A DNA stretch of 35,640 nucleotides, taken from IMG/VR virus record IMGVR_UViG_2684623059_000001; one strand, 5' to 3'. Each line of letters begins with the position of its first letter. Position 1 is the stretch's first letter. Origin of the DNA: a virus (lineage: Duplodnaviria > Heunggongvirae > Uroviricota > Caudoviricetes). This document shows positions 9,838-22,058 of this stretch, in pieces. Made by a program: the position numbers and the translations under genes. The notes under the pieces were generated by a model, which did not search any database, had not been told where the DNA came from, and worked only from the letters and a program-made list of their open reading frames with translations.

Positions 9838-10298
9838 GCAGGGTAACCGCGATTATCTCCGCTCTGGTTATCTGCATCATCGTCTGCCTGTCATGGGCGG
9901 TTAACCATTACCGTGATAACGCCATGACCTACAAAGCCCAGCGCGACAAAAATGCCAGAGAACTGAAGCTGGCGAACGCGGCAATTACTGACATGCAGAT
10001 GCGTCAGCGTGATGTTGCTGCGCTCGATGCAAAATACACGAAGGAGTTAGCTGATGCGAAAGCTGAAAATGATGTTCTGCGTAATGATGTTGCCGTTGGT
10101 CGTCGTCGGTTGCACATCAAAGCAGTCTGTCAGTCAGTGCGTGAAGCCACCACCGCCTCCGGCGTGGATAATGCAGCCTCCCCCCGACTGGCAGACACCG
10201 CTGAACGGGATTATTTCATCCTCAGAGAACGGCTGATGACAATGCAGAAGCAACTGGAAGGAGCACAGGAATATATCCGTACCCAGTGTATACCGTGA
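9834..10298 (+). CDS. Rz: Inner-membrane spanin Rz
   Basis: Translation from [29 protein letters not shown]... is lambda Rz-like; listed ORF start at 9822. Confidence 0.9.
   Translation: MSRVTAIISALVICIIVCLSWAVNHYRDNAMTYKAQRDKNARELKLANAAITDMQMRQRDVAALDAKYTKELADAKAENDVLRNDVAVGRRRLHIKAVCQSVREATTASGVDNAASPRLADTAERDYFILRERLMTMQKQLEGAQEYIRTQCIP
10054..10236 (+). CDS. Rz1: Outer-membrane lipoprotein spanin Rz1, embedded in the +1 frame of Rz
   Basis: 60 aa with lipobox LVVVGC and proline-rich tract [16 protein letters not shown]; located entirely inside Rz. Confidence 0.85.
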   Translation: MRKLKMMFCVMMLPLVVVGCTSKQSVSQCVKPPPPPAWIMQPPPDWQTPLNGIISSSENG

Positions 10299-10761
10299 TG
10301 TTTTGTTATGAAGGTGTTACTGGTAACGTTAAGGTAATTTAACAAAAAGTCAGTTCCGGACTTTATAGTGTGCTCAGATCATGGCCAAAAACGATTTCTG
10401 TGATAAATATTTTGAATATTATTTACAGATAAATGAAGTGGGCGCATGGATGGAAATTTACAATAGAGTATGAAGTATATGTCCGTATTGTATGGGCAGA
10501 GAAGGCAAAAACACGGTAATTCCTTGTGTTGCCATGATACCTGATTGGCAGAATAGTTGTTTGGTTTTGAGTATATAGTCAGCGTTTTTTGTTCAGTAAT
10601 AGCTCTCTCAAAAAATAATAAAATAAGGTGATTATTTGGGTTTATTATTTAGTTTTTTTTGTGTGTTGCTTTGTTGTTTCTCTGTGATTTATTTTTTATT
10701 GTTATTTCATTAAAGGAAGGTAAATTCAGGATAGCAGTCTGTAGATAATCGGAGGTCACTT

Positions 10762-11076
10762 ATGCTACATGATCACCTGGCAGAATGTCTGGAGAAAAAA
10801 GGACTGTACCGGAGAGCAGCTGAACGATGGGCAAAAGTGATGGTACAGCTAAGTGATGACCAGAAAAGAAAAGTGGCGGCACAGAAACGAGCAGAGTGTT
10901 TGCGTAAGGCGCGCCGGACTCCGGTTTCACCGGTGAACCTGACAGAAATAAAACAAGCGGTCAACAGACTACATTCTGAGTTGGGAATGGGATTTGAAGA
11001 GCGGCGGGTATTCCGACGATATAAAGGGACAGGAGAACAGAATACGTCCGGAAACGCGCGGTCAAAAAAATGCTAA
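10762..11076 (+). CDS. Putative PerC-family (Pch-like) transcriptional regulator
   Basis: 104-aa basic protein MLHDHLAECLEKKGLYRRAAERWAKVMVQ...; the LE-KGL-RRAA-RW motif is what I recall for PerC/Pch regulators of the LEE. ggagg ribosome-binding site 8 nt upstream; preceded by ~460 bp of AT-rich non-coding DNA. Confidence 0.5.
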   Translation: MLHDHLAECLEKKGLYRRAAERWAKVMVQLSDDQKRKVAAQKRAECLRKARRTPVSPVNLTEIKQAVNRLHSELGMGFEERRVFRRYKGTGEQNTSGNARSKKC

Positions 11077-11112
11077 AAAATATCTGAGAGAGTTATTGCC
11101 TGTTACCATAAT

Positions 11113-11139
11113 AAAAAGCGACTTTAGTGGTCGCTTTTG
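11113..11139. terminator. Bidirectional rho-independent terminator between the convergent PerC-like and ylcI-like genes
   Basis: aaaaagcgac / tttagtg / gtcgcttttg: 6-bp stem flanked by an A-run on one side and a T-run on the other. Confidence 0.45.
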
Positions 11140-11156
11140 TGTCATATATAAGTCGT

Positions 11157-11381
11157 TTAAGTAAACCTGTCTGAACAGGTGCTCTGGTCGTGTTTGTCTT
11201 TGTTGGGTAAAAATTGAGAATATTTTTCATTAATTAATCTTCTTCTGCAGGCTTCAATAACCCACGCTGAAAAATTTTCTGAACCTTTCAGATCAAGAGC
11301 GATGTTAATTTGTTCAATCATCTGGTTTGGAAATCGGATGTTGCGGGTTGTTGTTCTGCGGGTTCTGTTCTTTGATGACAT
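11157..11381 (-). CDS. ylcI: YlcI-like small protein (DUF3950 family)
   Basis: 74-aa translation MSSKNRTRRTTTRNIRFPNQMIEQINIALDLKGSENFSAWVIEACRRRL... matches my memory of DLP12 YlcI, which likewise sits just upstream of the terminase small subunit gene. Confidence 0.6.
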   Translation of the reverse strand: MSSKNRTRRTTTRNIRFPNQMIEQINIALDLKGSENFSAWVIEACRRRLINEKYSQFLPNKDKHDQSTCSDRFT

Positions 11382-11578
11382 AATGTTGCCCCCATATTCA
11401 GTGTTGCTGATTTGTATTATCTGAAGTTGCTTTTACGTTAATTTGATGCAGATCAATTAATACGATACCTGCGTCATAATTGATTATTTGACGTGGTTTG
11501 ATGGCGTACACGCACGTTGTGACATGTAGATGATAATTATTATTTTGTGGGTCCTTTCCGGCGATCCGACAGGTTACG

Positions 11579-11590
11579 GGGCGGCGACCT
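11579..11590 (+). other. cosN cohesive-end site, lambda type
   Basis: gcgatccgacaggttacg followed by gggcggcgacct cgcgggttttcg reproduces the lambda right-end/left-end junction and the 12-nt cohesive end; the predicted Nu1 start lies about 190 bp downstream as in lambda. Confidence 0.8.
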
Positions 11591-12267
11591 CGCGGGTTTT
11601 CGTTATTTATGAGTTTTTTTGAGGTGGTGGTTGTTGTTTTATCGTTTGATATATCTACTTGATAAGTAATAAGAAAGAAAAACAAACACAACAACCTGAT
11701 GAGCTTTCTTATACGAAAAAGCATGTAAAATCAGAGGGTTTTACAAAAAGCGGGGTTGTTGTATTGCTTTTTTGCCGGTGGTTTATGGAGGAGCTGTGGC
11801 CTTTTTATTGAATAAAAGCGACATGGCCTCCTCCATCGGTATCTCAGTACAGGCATTTGATAAATGGGGTGTCCCTCCTGTTGAGCGCCGGGGGAGAGAG
11901 GTTTTCTATGACGTTAAAACTGTACTGGAGATAGATCGCGAGCGACGTCAGCAAAACCAGAAATCTTCAGATGGTGAAAATAACCTTGAGGAAAGGCTAC
12001 TTCAGGCCAGGGTTAATCTGACGGAAGAACAGGCTATTGCTCAGCGGTTAAAAAACCAGGTTGCAGAGCATAAAGTGATTGATACCGCTTTCTCTGTTTT
12101 TGCACTGTCCCGGTTATCCGGAGAACTGGCATCTGTTCTGGACAGTATTCCGCTTTCGATGCAAAGAAAATTCCCTGAGTTGACAGGCAGACAATTGGCT
12201 TATCTGAAAGAGCTTGTTGCGAAGGGAGCTAATAAATGCGTTGAATCTGCTGAAAAAATGAAGGAAT

Positions 12268-15980
<3,713 letters not shown>

Positions 15981-16000
<20 letters not shown>

Positions 16001-17300
16001 TCTCCCGCATATTGCCAGCATGGCCTTTAATGAGCCGCTGATGCTTGAACCCGCATATGCGCGGGTTTTCTTTTGTGCGCTTGCCGGCCAGCTTGGGATC
16101 AGCCGCCTGACGGATGCGGTGTCCGGCGACAGCCTGACTGCCGGAGAGGCACCTGCGACACTGGCGTTATCCGTTGATGATGACGGACCACGACAGGCCC
16201 GCAGTTATCAGGTCATGAACGGCATCGCCGTGCTGCCGGTGTCCGGCACGCTGGTCAGCCGGACGCGGGCGCTGCAGCCGTATTCGGGGATGACCGGTTA
16301 CAACGGCATTATCGCCCGTCTGCAACAGGCTGCCAGCGATCCGATGGTGGACGGCATTCTGCTGGATATGGACACGCCAGGCGGAATGGTGGCGGGGGCA
16401 TTTGACTGCGCTGACATCATCGCCCGTGTGCGTGACATAAAACCGGTATGGGCGCTGGCCAACGACATGAACTGCAGTGCAGGTCAGCTGCTTGCCAGTG
16501 CCGCCTCCCGGCGTCTGGTCACGCAGACCGCCCGGGCAGGCTCCATCGGCGTCATGATGGCTCACAGTAATTACGGTGCTGCGCTGGAGAAACAGGGCGT
16601 GGAAATCACTCTGATTTACAGCGGCAGCCATAAGGTGGATGGCAACCCCTACAGCCATCTTCCGGATGACGTCCGGGAAACACTGCAGTCCCGGATGGAT
16701 GCAACCCGCCGGATGTTTGCACAGAAGGTGTCGGCATATACCGGCCTGTCCGTGCAGGCCGTGCTGGATACCGAGGCTGCGGTGTACAGCGGTCATGAGG
16801 CCATTGATGCCGGACTGGCTGATGAACTTGTTAACAGCACCGATGCGATCACCGTCATGCGTGATGCACTGGATGCACGTAAATCCCGTCTCTCAGGAGG
16901 GCGAATGACCAAAGAGACTCAATCAACAACTGTTTCAGCCACTGCTTCGCAGGCTGACGTTACTGGCGTGGTGACAGCGACGGAGGGCGAAAACGCCAGC
17001 GCGGCGCAGCCGGACGTGAACGCGCAGATCACCGCAGCGGTTGCGGCAGAAAACAGTCGCATTATGGGGATCCTCAATTGTGAAGAGGCCCACGGACGTG
17101 AAGAACAGGCACGTGTGCTGGCCGAAACCCCCGGTATGACCGTGGAAACGGCCCGCCGCATTCTGGCCGCAGCACCACAGAGTGCACAGGCGCGCAGTGA
17201 CACTGCGCTGGATCGTCTGATGCAGGGTGCACCGGCACCGCTGGCTGCAGGTAACCCGGCACCTGATGCCGTTAACGATTTGCTGAACACACCAGTGTAA
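15981..17300 (+). CDS. C: Head maturation protease C
   Basis: GTG start at 15981 gives VTAELRNLPHIASMAFNEPLMLEPAYARVFFCALAGQ..., lambda gpC-like; 1320 bp as in lambda. Confidence 0.9.
16695..17300 (+). CDS. Nu3: Scaffolding protein Nu3, nested in-frame in the 3' part of C
   Basis: Internal in-frame ATG at 16695 (MDATRRMFAQKVS...) gives a 606-bp nested gene, the same length as lambda Nu3. Confidence 0.7.
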   Translation: MDATRRMFAQKVSAYTGLSVQAVLDTEAAVYSGHEAIDAGLADELVNSTDAITVMRDALDARKSRLSGGRMTKETQSTTVSATASQADVTGVVTATEGENASAAQPDVNAQITAAVAAENSRIMGILNCEEAHGREEQARVLAETPGMTVETARRILAAAPQSAQARSDTALDRLMQGAPAPLAAGNPAPDAVNDLLNTPV

Positions 17301-17309
17301 GGGATGTTT

Positions 17310-17642
17310 ATGACGAGCAAAGAAACCTTTACCCATTATCAGCCGCTGGGCAACAGTGACCCGGCTCATACCGCAACCGCGCCAGGCGGATTGAGTGCGA
17401 AAGCGCCTGCAATGACCCCGCTGATGCTGGACACCTCCACCCGTAAGCTGGTTGCGTGGGATGGCACCACCGACGGCGCTGCCGTTGGCATTCTGGCAGT
17501 TGCTGCTGACCAGACCAGCACCACGCTGACGTTCTACAAGTCCGGCACGTTCCGTTATGAGGATGTGCTCTGGCCGGATGCTGCCAGCGACGAGACGAAA
17601 AAACGGACCGCGTTTGCCGGAACGGCAATCAGCATCGTTTAA
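17310..17642 (+). CDS. D: Head decoration protein D
   Basis: [37 protein letters not shown]... matches lambda gpD; 333 bp. Confidence 0.93.
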   Translation: MTSKETFTHYQPLGNSDPAHTATAPGGLSAKAPAMTPLMLDTSTRKLVAWDGTTDGAAVGILAVAADQTSTTLTFYKSGTFRYEDVLWPDAASDETKKRTAFAGTAISIV

Positions 17643-17697
17643 CCTTACCCTTCATCACTAAAGGCCGCCTGAGCTGCTTTTTTTACGGGATTTTTTT

Positions 17698-18723
17698 ATG
17701 TCGATGTACACAACCGCCCAGCTGCTGGCGGCAAATGAGCAGAAATTTAAGTTTGATCCGCTGTTTCTGCGTCTCTTTTTCCGTGAGAGCTATCCCTTCA
17801 CCACGGAGAAAGTCTATCTCTCACAAATTCCGGGGCTGGTAAACATGGCGCTGTACGTTTCGCCGATTGTTTCCGGTGAAGTTATCCGCTCCCGTGGCGG
17901 CTCCACTTCTGAATTTACGCCGGGATATGTCAAGCCGAAGCATGAGGTGAATCCGCAGATGACCCTGCGTCGCCTGCCGGATGAAGATCCACAGAATCTG
18001 GCAGACCCGGCTTACCGCCGCCGTCGCATCATCATGCAGAACATGCGTGACGAAGAGCTGGCCATTGCTCAGGTCGAAGAGATGCAGGCCGTTTCTGCCG
18101 TGCTTAAGGGCAAATACACCATGACCGGTGAAGCCTTCGATCCGGTTGAGGTGGATATGGGCCGCAGTGCGGCGAACAACATCACGCAGTCCGGCGGCAC
18201 GGAGTGGAGCAAGCGTGACAAGTCCACGTATGACCCGACCGACGATATCGAAGCCTACGCGCTGAACGCCAGCGGTGTGGTGAATATCATCGTGTTCGAT
18301 CCGAAAGGCTGGGCGCTGTTCCGTTCCTTCAAAGCTGTCAGGGAGAAGCTGGATACCCGTCGTGGCTCTAATTCCGAGCTGGAGACAGCGGTGAAAGACC
18401 TGGGCAAAGCGGTGTCCTATAAGGGGATGTATGGCGATGTGGCCATCGTCGTGTATTCCGGACAGTACGTGGAAAACGGCGTCAAAAAGAACTTCCTGCC
18501 GGACAACACGATGGTGCTGGGGAACACTCAGGCACGCGGTCTGCGCACCTATGGCTGTATTCAGGATGCGGATGCATTGAGTGAGGGTATTAATGCGTCT
18601 CCCCGTTACCCGAAAAACTGGGTGACCACCGGCGATCCGGCGCGTGAGTTCACCATGATTCAGTCAGCACCGCTGATGCTGCTGGCTGACCCTGATGAGT
18701 TCGTGTCCGTACAACTGGCGTAA
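17698..18723 (+). CDS. E: Major capsid protein E
   Basis: 341-aa translation MSMYTTAQLLAANEQKFKFDPLFLRLFFRESYPFTTEKVYLSQIPG... matches lambda gpE. Confidence 0.95.
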   Translation: MSMYTTAQLLAANEQKFKFDPLFLRLFFRESYPFTTEKVYLSQIPGLVNMALYVSPIVSGEVIRSRGGSTSEFTPGYVKPKHEVNPQMTLRRLPDEDPQNLADPAYRRRRIIMQNMRDEELAIAQVEEMQAVSAVLKGKYTMTGEAFDPVEVDMGRSAANNITQSGGTEWSKRDKSTYDPTDDIEAYALNASGVVNIIVFDPKGWALFRSFKAVREKLDTRRGSNSELETAVKDLGKAVSYKGMYGDVAIVVYSGQYVENGVKKNFLPDNTMVLGNTQARGLRTYGCIQDADALSEGINASPRYPKNWVTTGDPAREFTMIQSAPLMLLADPDEFVSVQLA

Positions 18724-18764
18724 TCATGGCCCTTCGGGGCCATTGTTTCTCTGTGGAGGAGTCC

Positions 18765-19163
18765 ATGACGAAAGATGAACTGATTGCCCGTCTCCGCTCG
18801 CTGGGTGAACAACTGAACCGTGATGTCAGCCTGACGGGGACGAAAGAAGAACTGGCGCTCCGTGTGGCAGAGCTGGAAGAGGAGCTTGATGACACGGATG
18901 AAACTGCCGGTCAGGACACCCCTCTCAGCCGGGAAAATGTGCTGACCGGACATGAAAATGAGGTGGGATCAGCGCAGCCGGATACCGTGATTCTGGATAC
19001 GTCTGAACTGGTCACGGTCGTGGCACTGGTGAAGCTGCATACTGATGCACTTCACGCCACGCGGGATGAACCTGTGGCATTTGTGCTGCCGGGAACGGCG
19101 TTTCGTGTCTCTGCCGGTGTGGCAGCCGAAATGACAGAGCGCGGCCTGGCCAGAATGCAATAA
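18765..19163 (+). CDS. FI: DNA packaging protein FI
   Basis: From ATG 18765: MTKDELIARLRSLGEQLNRDVSLTGTKEELALRVAELEEEL..., lambda FI-like; 399 bp. Confidence 0.9.
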   Translation: MTKDELIARLRSLGEQLNRDVSLTGTKEELALRVAELEEELDDTDETAGQDTPLSRENVLTGHENEVGSAQPDTVILDTSELVTVVALVKLHTDALHATRDEPVAFVLPGTAFRVSAGVAAEMTERGLARMQ

Positions 19164-19174
19164 CGGGAGGCGCT

Positions 19175-19528
19175 GTGGCTGATTTCGATAACCTGTTCGA
19201 TGCTGCCATTGCCCGCGCCGATGAAACGATACGCGGGTACATGGGAACGTCAGCCACCATTACATCCGGTGAGCAGTCCGGCGCAGTGATACGTGGTGTT
19301 TTTGATGACCCTGAAAATATCAGCTATGCCGGACAGGGCGTACGCGTTGAAGGCTCCAGCCCGTCCCTGTTTGTCCGGACTGATGATGTGCGGCAGCTGC
19401 GGCGCGGCGACACGCTGACCATCGGTGAGGAAAACTTCTGGATAGACCGGATTTCGCCGGATGATGGCGGAAGCTGTCATCTCTGGCTCGGGCGTGGCGT
19501 GCCGCCTGCCGTTAACCGTCGCCGCTGA
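19175..19528 (+). CDS. FII: Head-tail connector FII
   Basis: MADFDNLFDAAIARADETIRGYMGTSATITSGEQSGAVIRG... matches lambda FII; 354 bp. Confidence 0.9.
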   Translation: MADFDNLFDAAIARADETIRGYMGTSATITSGEQSGAVIRGVFDDPENISYAGQGVRVEGSSPSLFVRTDDVRQLRRGDTLTIGEENFWIDRISPDDGGSCHLWLGRGVPPAVNRRR

Positions 19529-19539
19529 AAGGGGGATGT

Positions 19540-20073
19540 ATGGCTATAAAAGGTCTTGAGCAGGCCGTTGAAAACCTCAGCCGTATCAGCAAAACGGCGG
19601 TGCCCGGTGCCTCCGCAATGGCCATTAACCGCGTGGCCACAACGGCAATGAATCAGTCGGCGTCACAGGTTGCCCGTGAGACAAAGGTGCGGCGAAAACT
19701 GGTAAAGGAAAGGGCCAGACTGAAAAAGGCCACGGTCAAAAATCCGCACGTAAAAATCATTGTTAACCGCGGTGATTTACCTGTCATCAAACTGGGGATA
19801 CGGATCACCGGAAGTCGTCCCAACAGTACGCTACGGGCCGGTCAGCATCGTTATCAGCGGGCATTTATCCAGCGATTAAAAAATGGTCGCTGGCATGTCA
19901 TGCAGCGAGTGGCCGGGAAAAACCGCTACCCCATTGATGTGGTGAAAATCCCGATGGCGGCACCGCTGACCACGGCGTTTAAACAGAATATTGAACAGAT
20001 ACGGCGTGAACGTTTGCCGAAAGAACTGGAATACGCCCTGAAACAACAACTGAGGATTGCGATAAAGCGATGA
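19540..20073 (+). CDS. Z: Tail completion protein Z
   Basis: MAIKGLEQAVENLSRISKTAVPG... and C-terminus NGRWHVMQRVAGKNRYPIDVVKIPMA lambda-like; about 15 codons shorter than lambda Z in a central basic segment (from memory). Confidence 0.88.
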   Translation: MAIKGLEQAVENLSRISKTAVPGASAMAINRVATTAMNQSASQVARETKVRRKLVKERARLKKATVKNPHVKIIVNRGDLPVIKLGIRITGSRPNSTLRAGQHRYQRAFIQRLKNGRWHVMQRVAGKNRYPIDVVKIPMAAPLTTAFKQNIEQIRRERLPKELEYALKQQLRIAIKR

Positions 20074-20465
20074 AACATACGGATATCCGTGCAGCCGTAC
20101 TGGATGCACTGGAGAAGCATAACACCGGGGCGACGTTTTTTGATGGTCGCCCCGCTGTTTTTGATGAGGAGGATTTTCCGGCAGTTGCCGTTTATCTCAC
20201 CGGCGCTGAATACACGGGCGAAGAGCTGGACAGCGATACCTGGCAGGCAGAGCTGCATATCGAAGTTTTCCTGCCTGCTCAGGTGCCGGATTCAGAGCTT
20301 GATTCGTGGATGGAGTCCCGGATTTATCCGGTGATGAGCGATATCCCGGCACTGTCAGATTTGATCACCAGTATGGTGGCCAGTGGCTATGACTACCGGC
20401 GCGACGATGATGCGGGCCTGTGGAGTTCAGCCGATCTGACTTATGTCATTACCTATGAAATGTGA
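20070..20465 (+). CDS. U: Tail terminator U
   Basis: [58 protein letters not shown]... lambda gpU-like. Confidence 0.92.
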   Translation: MKHTDIRAAVLDALEKHNTGATFFDGRPAVFDEEDFPAVAVYLTGAEYTGEELDSDTWQAELHIEVFLPAQVPDSELDSWMESRIYPVMSDIPALSDLITSMVASGYDYRRDDDAGLWSSADLTYVITYEM

Positions 20466-20472
20466 GGACGAT

Positions 20473-21213
20473 ATGCCTGTACCAAATCCTGTAATGCCGG
20501 TGAAAGGTGCCGGGACCACACTGTGGGTTTATAAGGGGAACGGTGACCCTTATGCGAACCCGCTTTCAGACGTTGACTGGTCGCGTCTGGCTAAAGTTAA
20601 AGACCTGACGCCCGGCGAACTGACCGCTGAGTCCTATGACGACAGTTATCTCGATGATGAAGATGCGGACTGGACCGCGACCGGACAGGGGCAGAAGTCA
20701 GCCGGAGATACCAGCTTCACGCTGGCGTGGATGCCCGGAGAGCAGGGGCAGCAGGCGCTGCTGGCGTGGTTTAATGAAGGGGATGTCCGGGCCTATAAAA
20801 TCCGCTTCCCGAACGGCACGGTCGATGTGTTCCGTGGCTGGGTCAGCAGTATCGGTAAGGCGGTGACGGCGAAGGAAGTGATCACCCGTACGGTGAAGGT
20901 CACCAATGTGGGCCGTCCGTCAATGGCAGAAGATCGCAGCACTGTGACGGCGGCAACCGGCATGACGGTAACGCCAGCCAGTGCTTCCGTAGTGAAAGGG
21001 CAGAGCACCACGCTGACCGTGGCATTTCAGCCGGAAGGTGCAACCGACAAGAGCTTCCGGGCGGTGTCTGCGGATAAAACAAAAGCCACCGTGTCGGTCA
21101 GTGGTATGACCATCACCGTGAAGGGGGTTGCTGCAGGTAAGGTCAACATTCCGGTTGTATCCGGTAATGGTGAGTTTGCTGCGGTTGCAGAAATCAACGT
21201 CACCGCCAGTTAA
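20473..21213 (+). CDS. V: Major tail protein V (with C-terminal Ig-like domain)
   Basis: From ATG 20473: [36 protein letters not shown]...; 741 bp as in lambda. Confidence 0.93.
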   Translation: MPVPNPVMPVKGAGTTLWVYKGNGDPYANPLSDVDWSRLAKVKDLTPGELTAESYDDSYLDDEDADWTATGQGQKSAGDTSFTLAWMPGEQGQQALLAWFNEGDVRAYKIRFPNGTVDVFRGWVSSIGKAVTAKEVITRTVKVTNVGRPSMAEDRSTVTAATGMTVTPASASVVKGQSTTLTVAFQPEGATDKSFRAVSADKTKATVSVSGMTITVKGVAAGKVNIPVVSGNGEFAAVAEINVTAS

Positions 21214-21228
21214 TCCGGAGAGTCAGCG

Positions 21229-21651
21229 ATGTTCCTGAAAACCGAATCATTTGAACATAACGGCGTGACCGTCACGCTTTCTGAACTGTCAGCCCTGCAG
21301 CGCATTGAGCATCTCGCCCTGATGAAACGGCAGGCAGAACAGGCGGAGTCAGACAGTAACCGGAAGTTTACTGTGGAAGACGTCATCAGAACCGGCGCTT
21401 TTGTGGTGGCGATGTCCCTGTGGCATAACCATCCGAAGAAGACGCAGATGCCGTCCATGAATGAAGCCGTTAAACAGATTGAGCAGGAAGTGCTCACCAC
21501 CTGGCCCACAGAGGCGATTTCTCATGCTGAAAACGTGGTGTACCGGCTGTCCGGTATGTATGAGTTTGTGGTGAATGATGCCCCTGAACAGGCGGAGGAC
21601 GCCGGGCCTGCAGAGCCTGTTTCTGCGGGAAAGTGTTCGACGGTGAGCTGA
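21229..21651 (+). CDS. G: Tail assembly chaperone G
   Basis: MFLKTESFEHNGVTVTLSELSALQRIEHLALMKRQAEQAESDSNRKF... lambda gpG-like. Confidence 0.9.
   Translation: MFLKTESFEHNGVTVTLSELSALQRIEHLALMKRQAEQAESDSNRKFTVEDVIRTGAFVVAMSLWHNHPKKTQMPSMNEAVKQIEQEVLTTWPTEAISHAENVVYRLSGMYEFVVNDAPEQAEDAGPAEPVSAGKCSTVS
21627..21633 (+). other. G-T programmed -1 frameshift slippery site G GGA AAG
   Basis: gggaaag at 21627..21633 lies 18 nt before the G stop codon, where the T frame opens; same geometry as lambda. Confidence 0.75.
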
Positions 21652-22058
21652 GTTTTGCCCTGAAACTGGCGCGTGAGATGGGGCGACCCGACTGGCGTGC
21701 CATGCTTGCCGGGATGTCATCCACGGAGTATGCCGACTGGCACCGCTTTTACAGTACCCATTATTTTCATGATGTTCTGCTGGATCTGCACTTTTCCGGG
21801 CTGACGTACACCGTGCTCAGCCTGTTTTTCAGCGATCCGGATATGCATCCGCTGGATTTCAGTCTGCTGAACCGGCGCGAGGCTGACGAAGAGCCTGAAG
21901 ATGATGTGCTGATGCAGAAAGCGGCAGGGCTTGCCGGAGGTGTTCGTTTTGGTCCGGACGGGAATGAAGTTATCCCCGCTTCCCCGGACATGACGGAGGA
22001 TGACGCAATGCTGATGACAGTATCAGAAGGGATCGCAGGAGGAGTCCGGTATGGCTGA
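21633..22058 (+). CDS. T: Tail assembly protein T frame (expressed as the G-T fusion)
   Basis: -1 frame ORF overlapping the G 3' end; translation ...LSFALKLAREMGRPDWRAMLAGMSSTEYADWHRFYSTHYF... lambda gpT-like. Confidence 0.85.
   Translation: MFDGELSFALKLAREMGRPDWRAMLAGMSSTEYADWHRFYSTHYFHDVLLDLHFSGLTYTVLSLFFSDPDMHPLDFSLLNRREADEEPEDDVLMQKAAGLAGGVRFGPDGNEVIPASPDMTEDDAMLMTVSEGIAGGVRYG

Noticed and set aside
10299-10761. Very short ORFs in the AT-rich leader upstream of the PerC-like gene (for example MKVLLVTLR, MKYMSVLYGQRRQKHGNSLCCHDT)
   Set aside because: No ribosome-binding sites, and AT-rich DNA generates such frames by chance; treated as part of a regulatory leader rather than genes.
11398-11724. 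108-aa minus-strand ORF with a hydrophobic N-terminus lying between ylcI and the small terminase gene
   Set aside because: It spans cosN (11579..11590) and the cosB region, which are cis-acting packaging signals conserved with lambda at the nucleotide level; the frame is most likely a chance ORF in AT-rich non-coding DNA.
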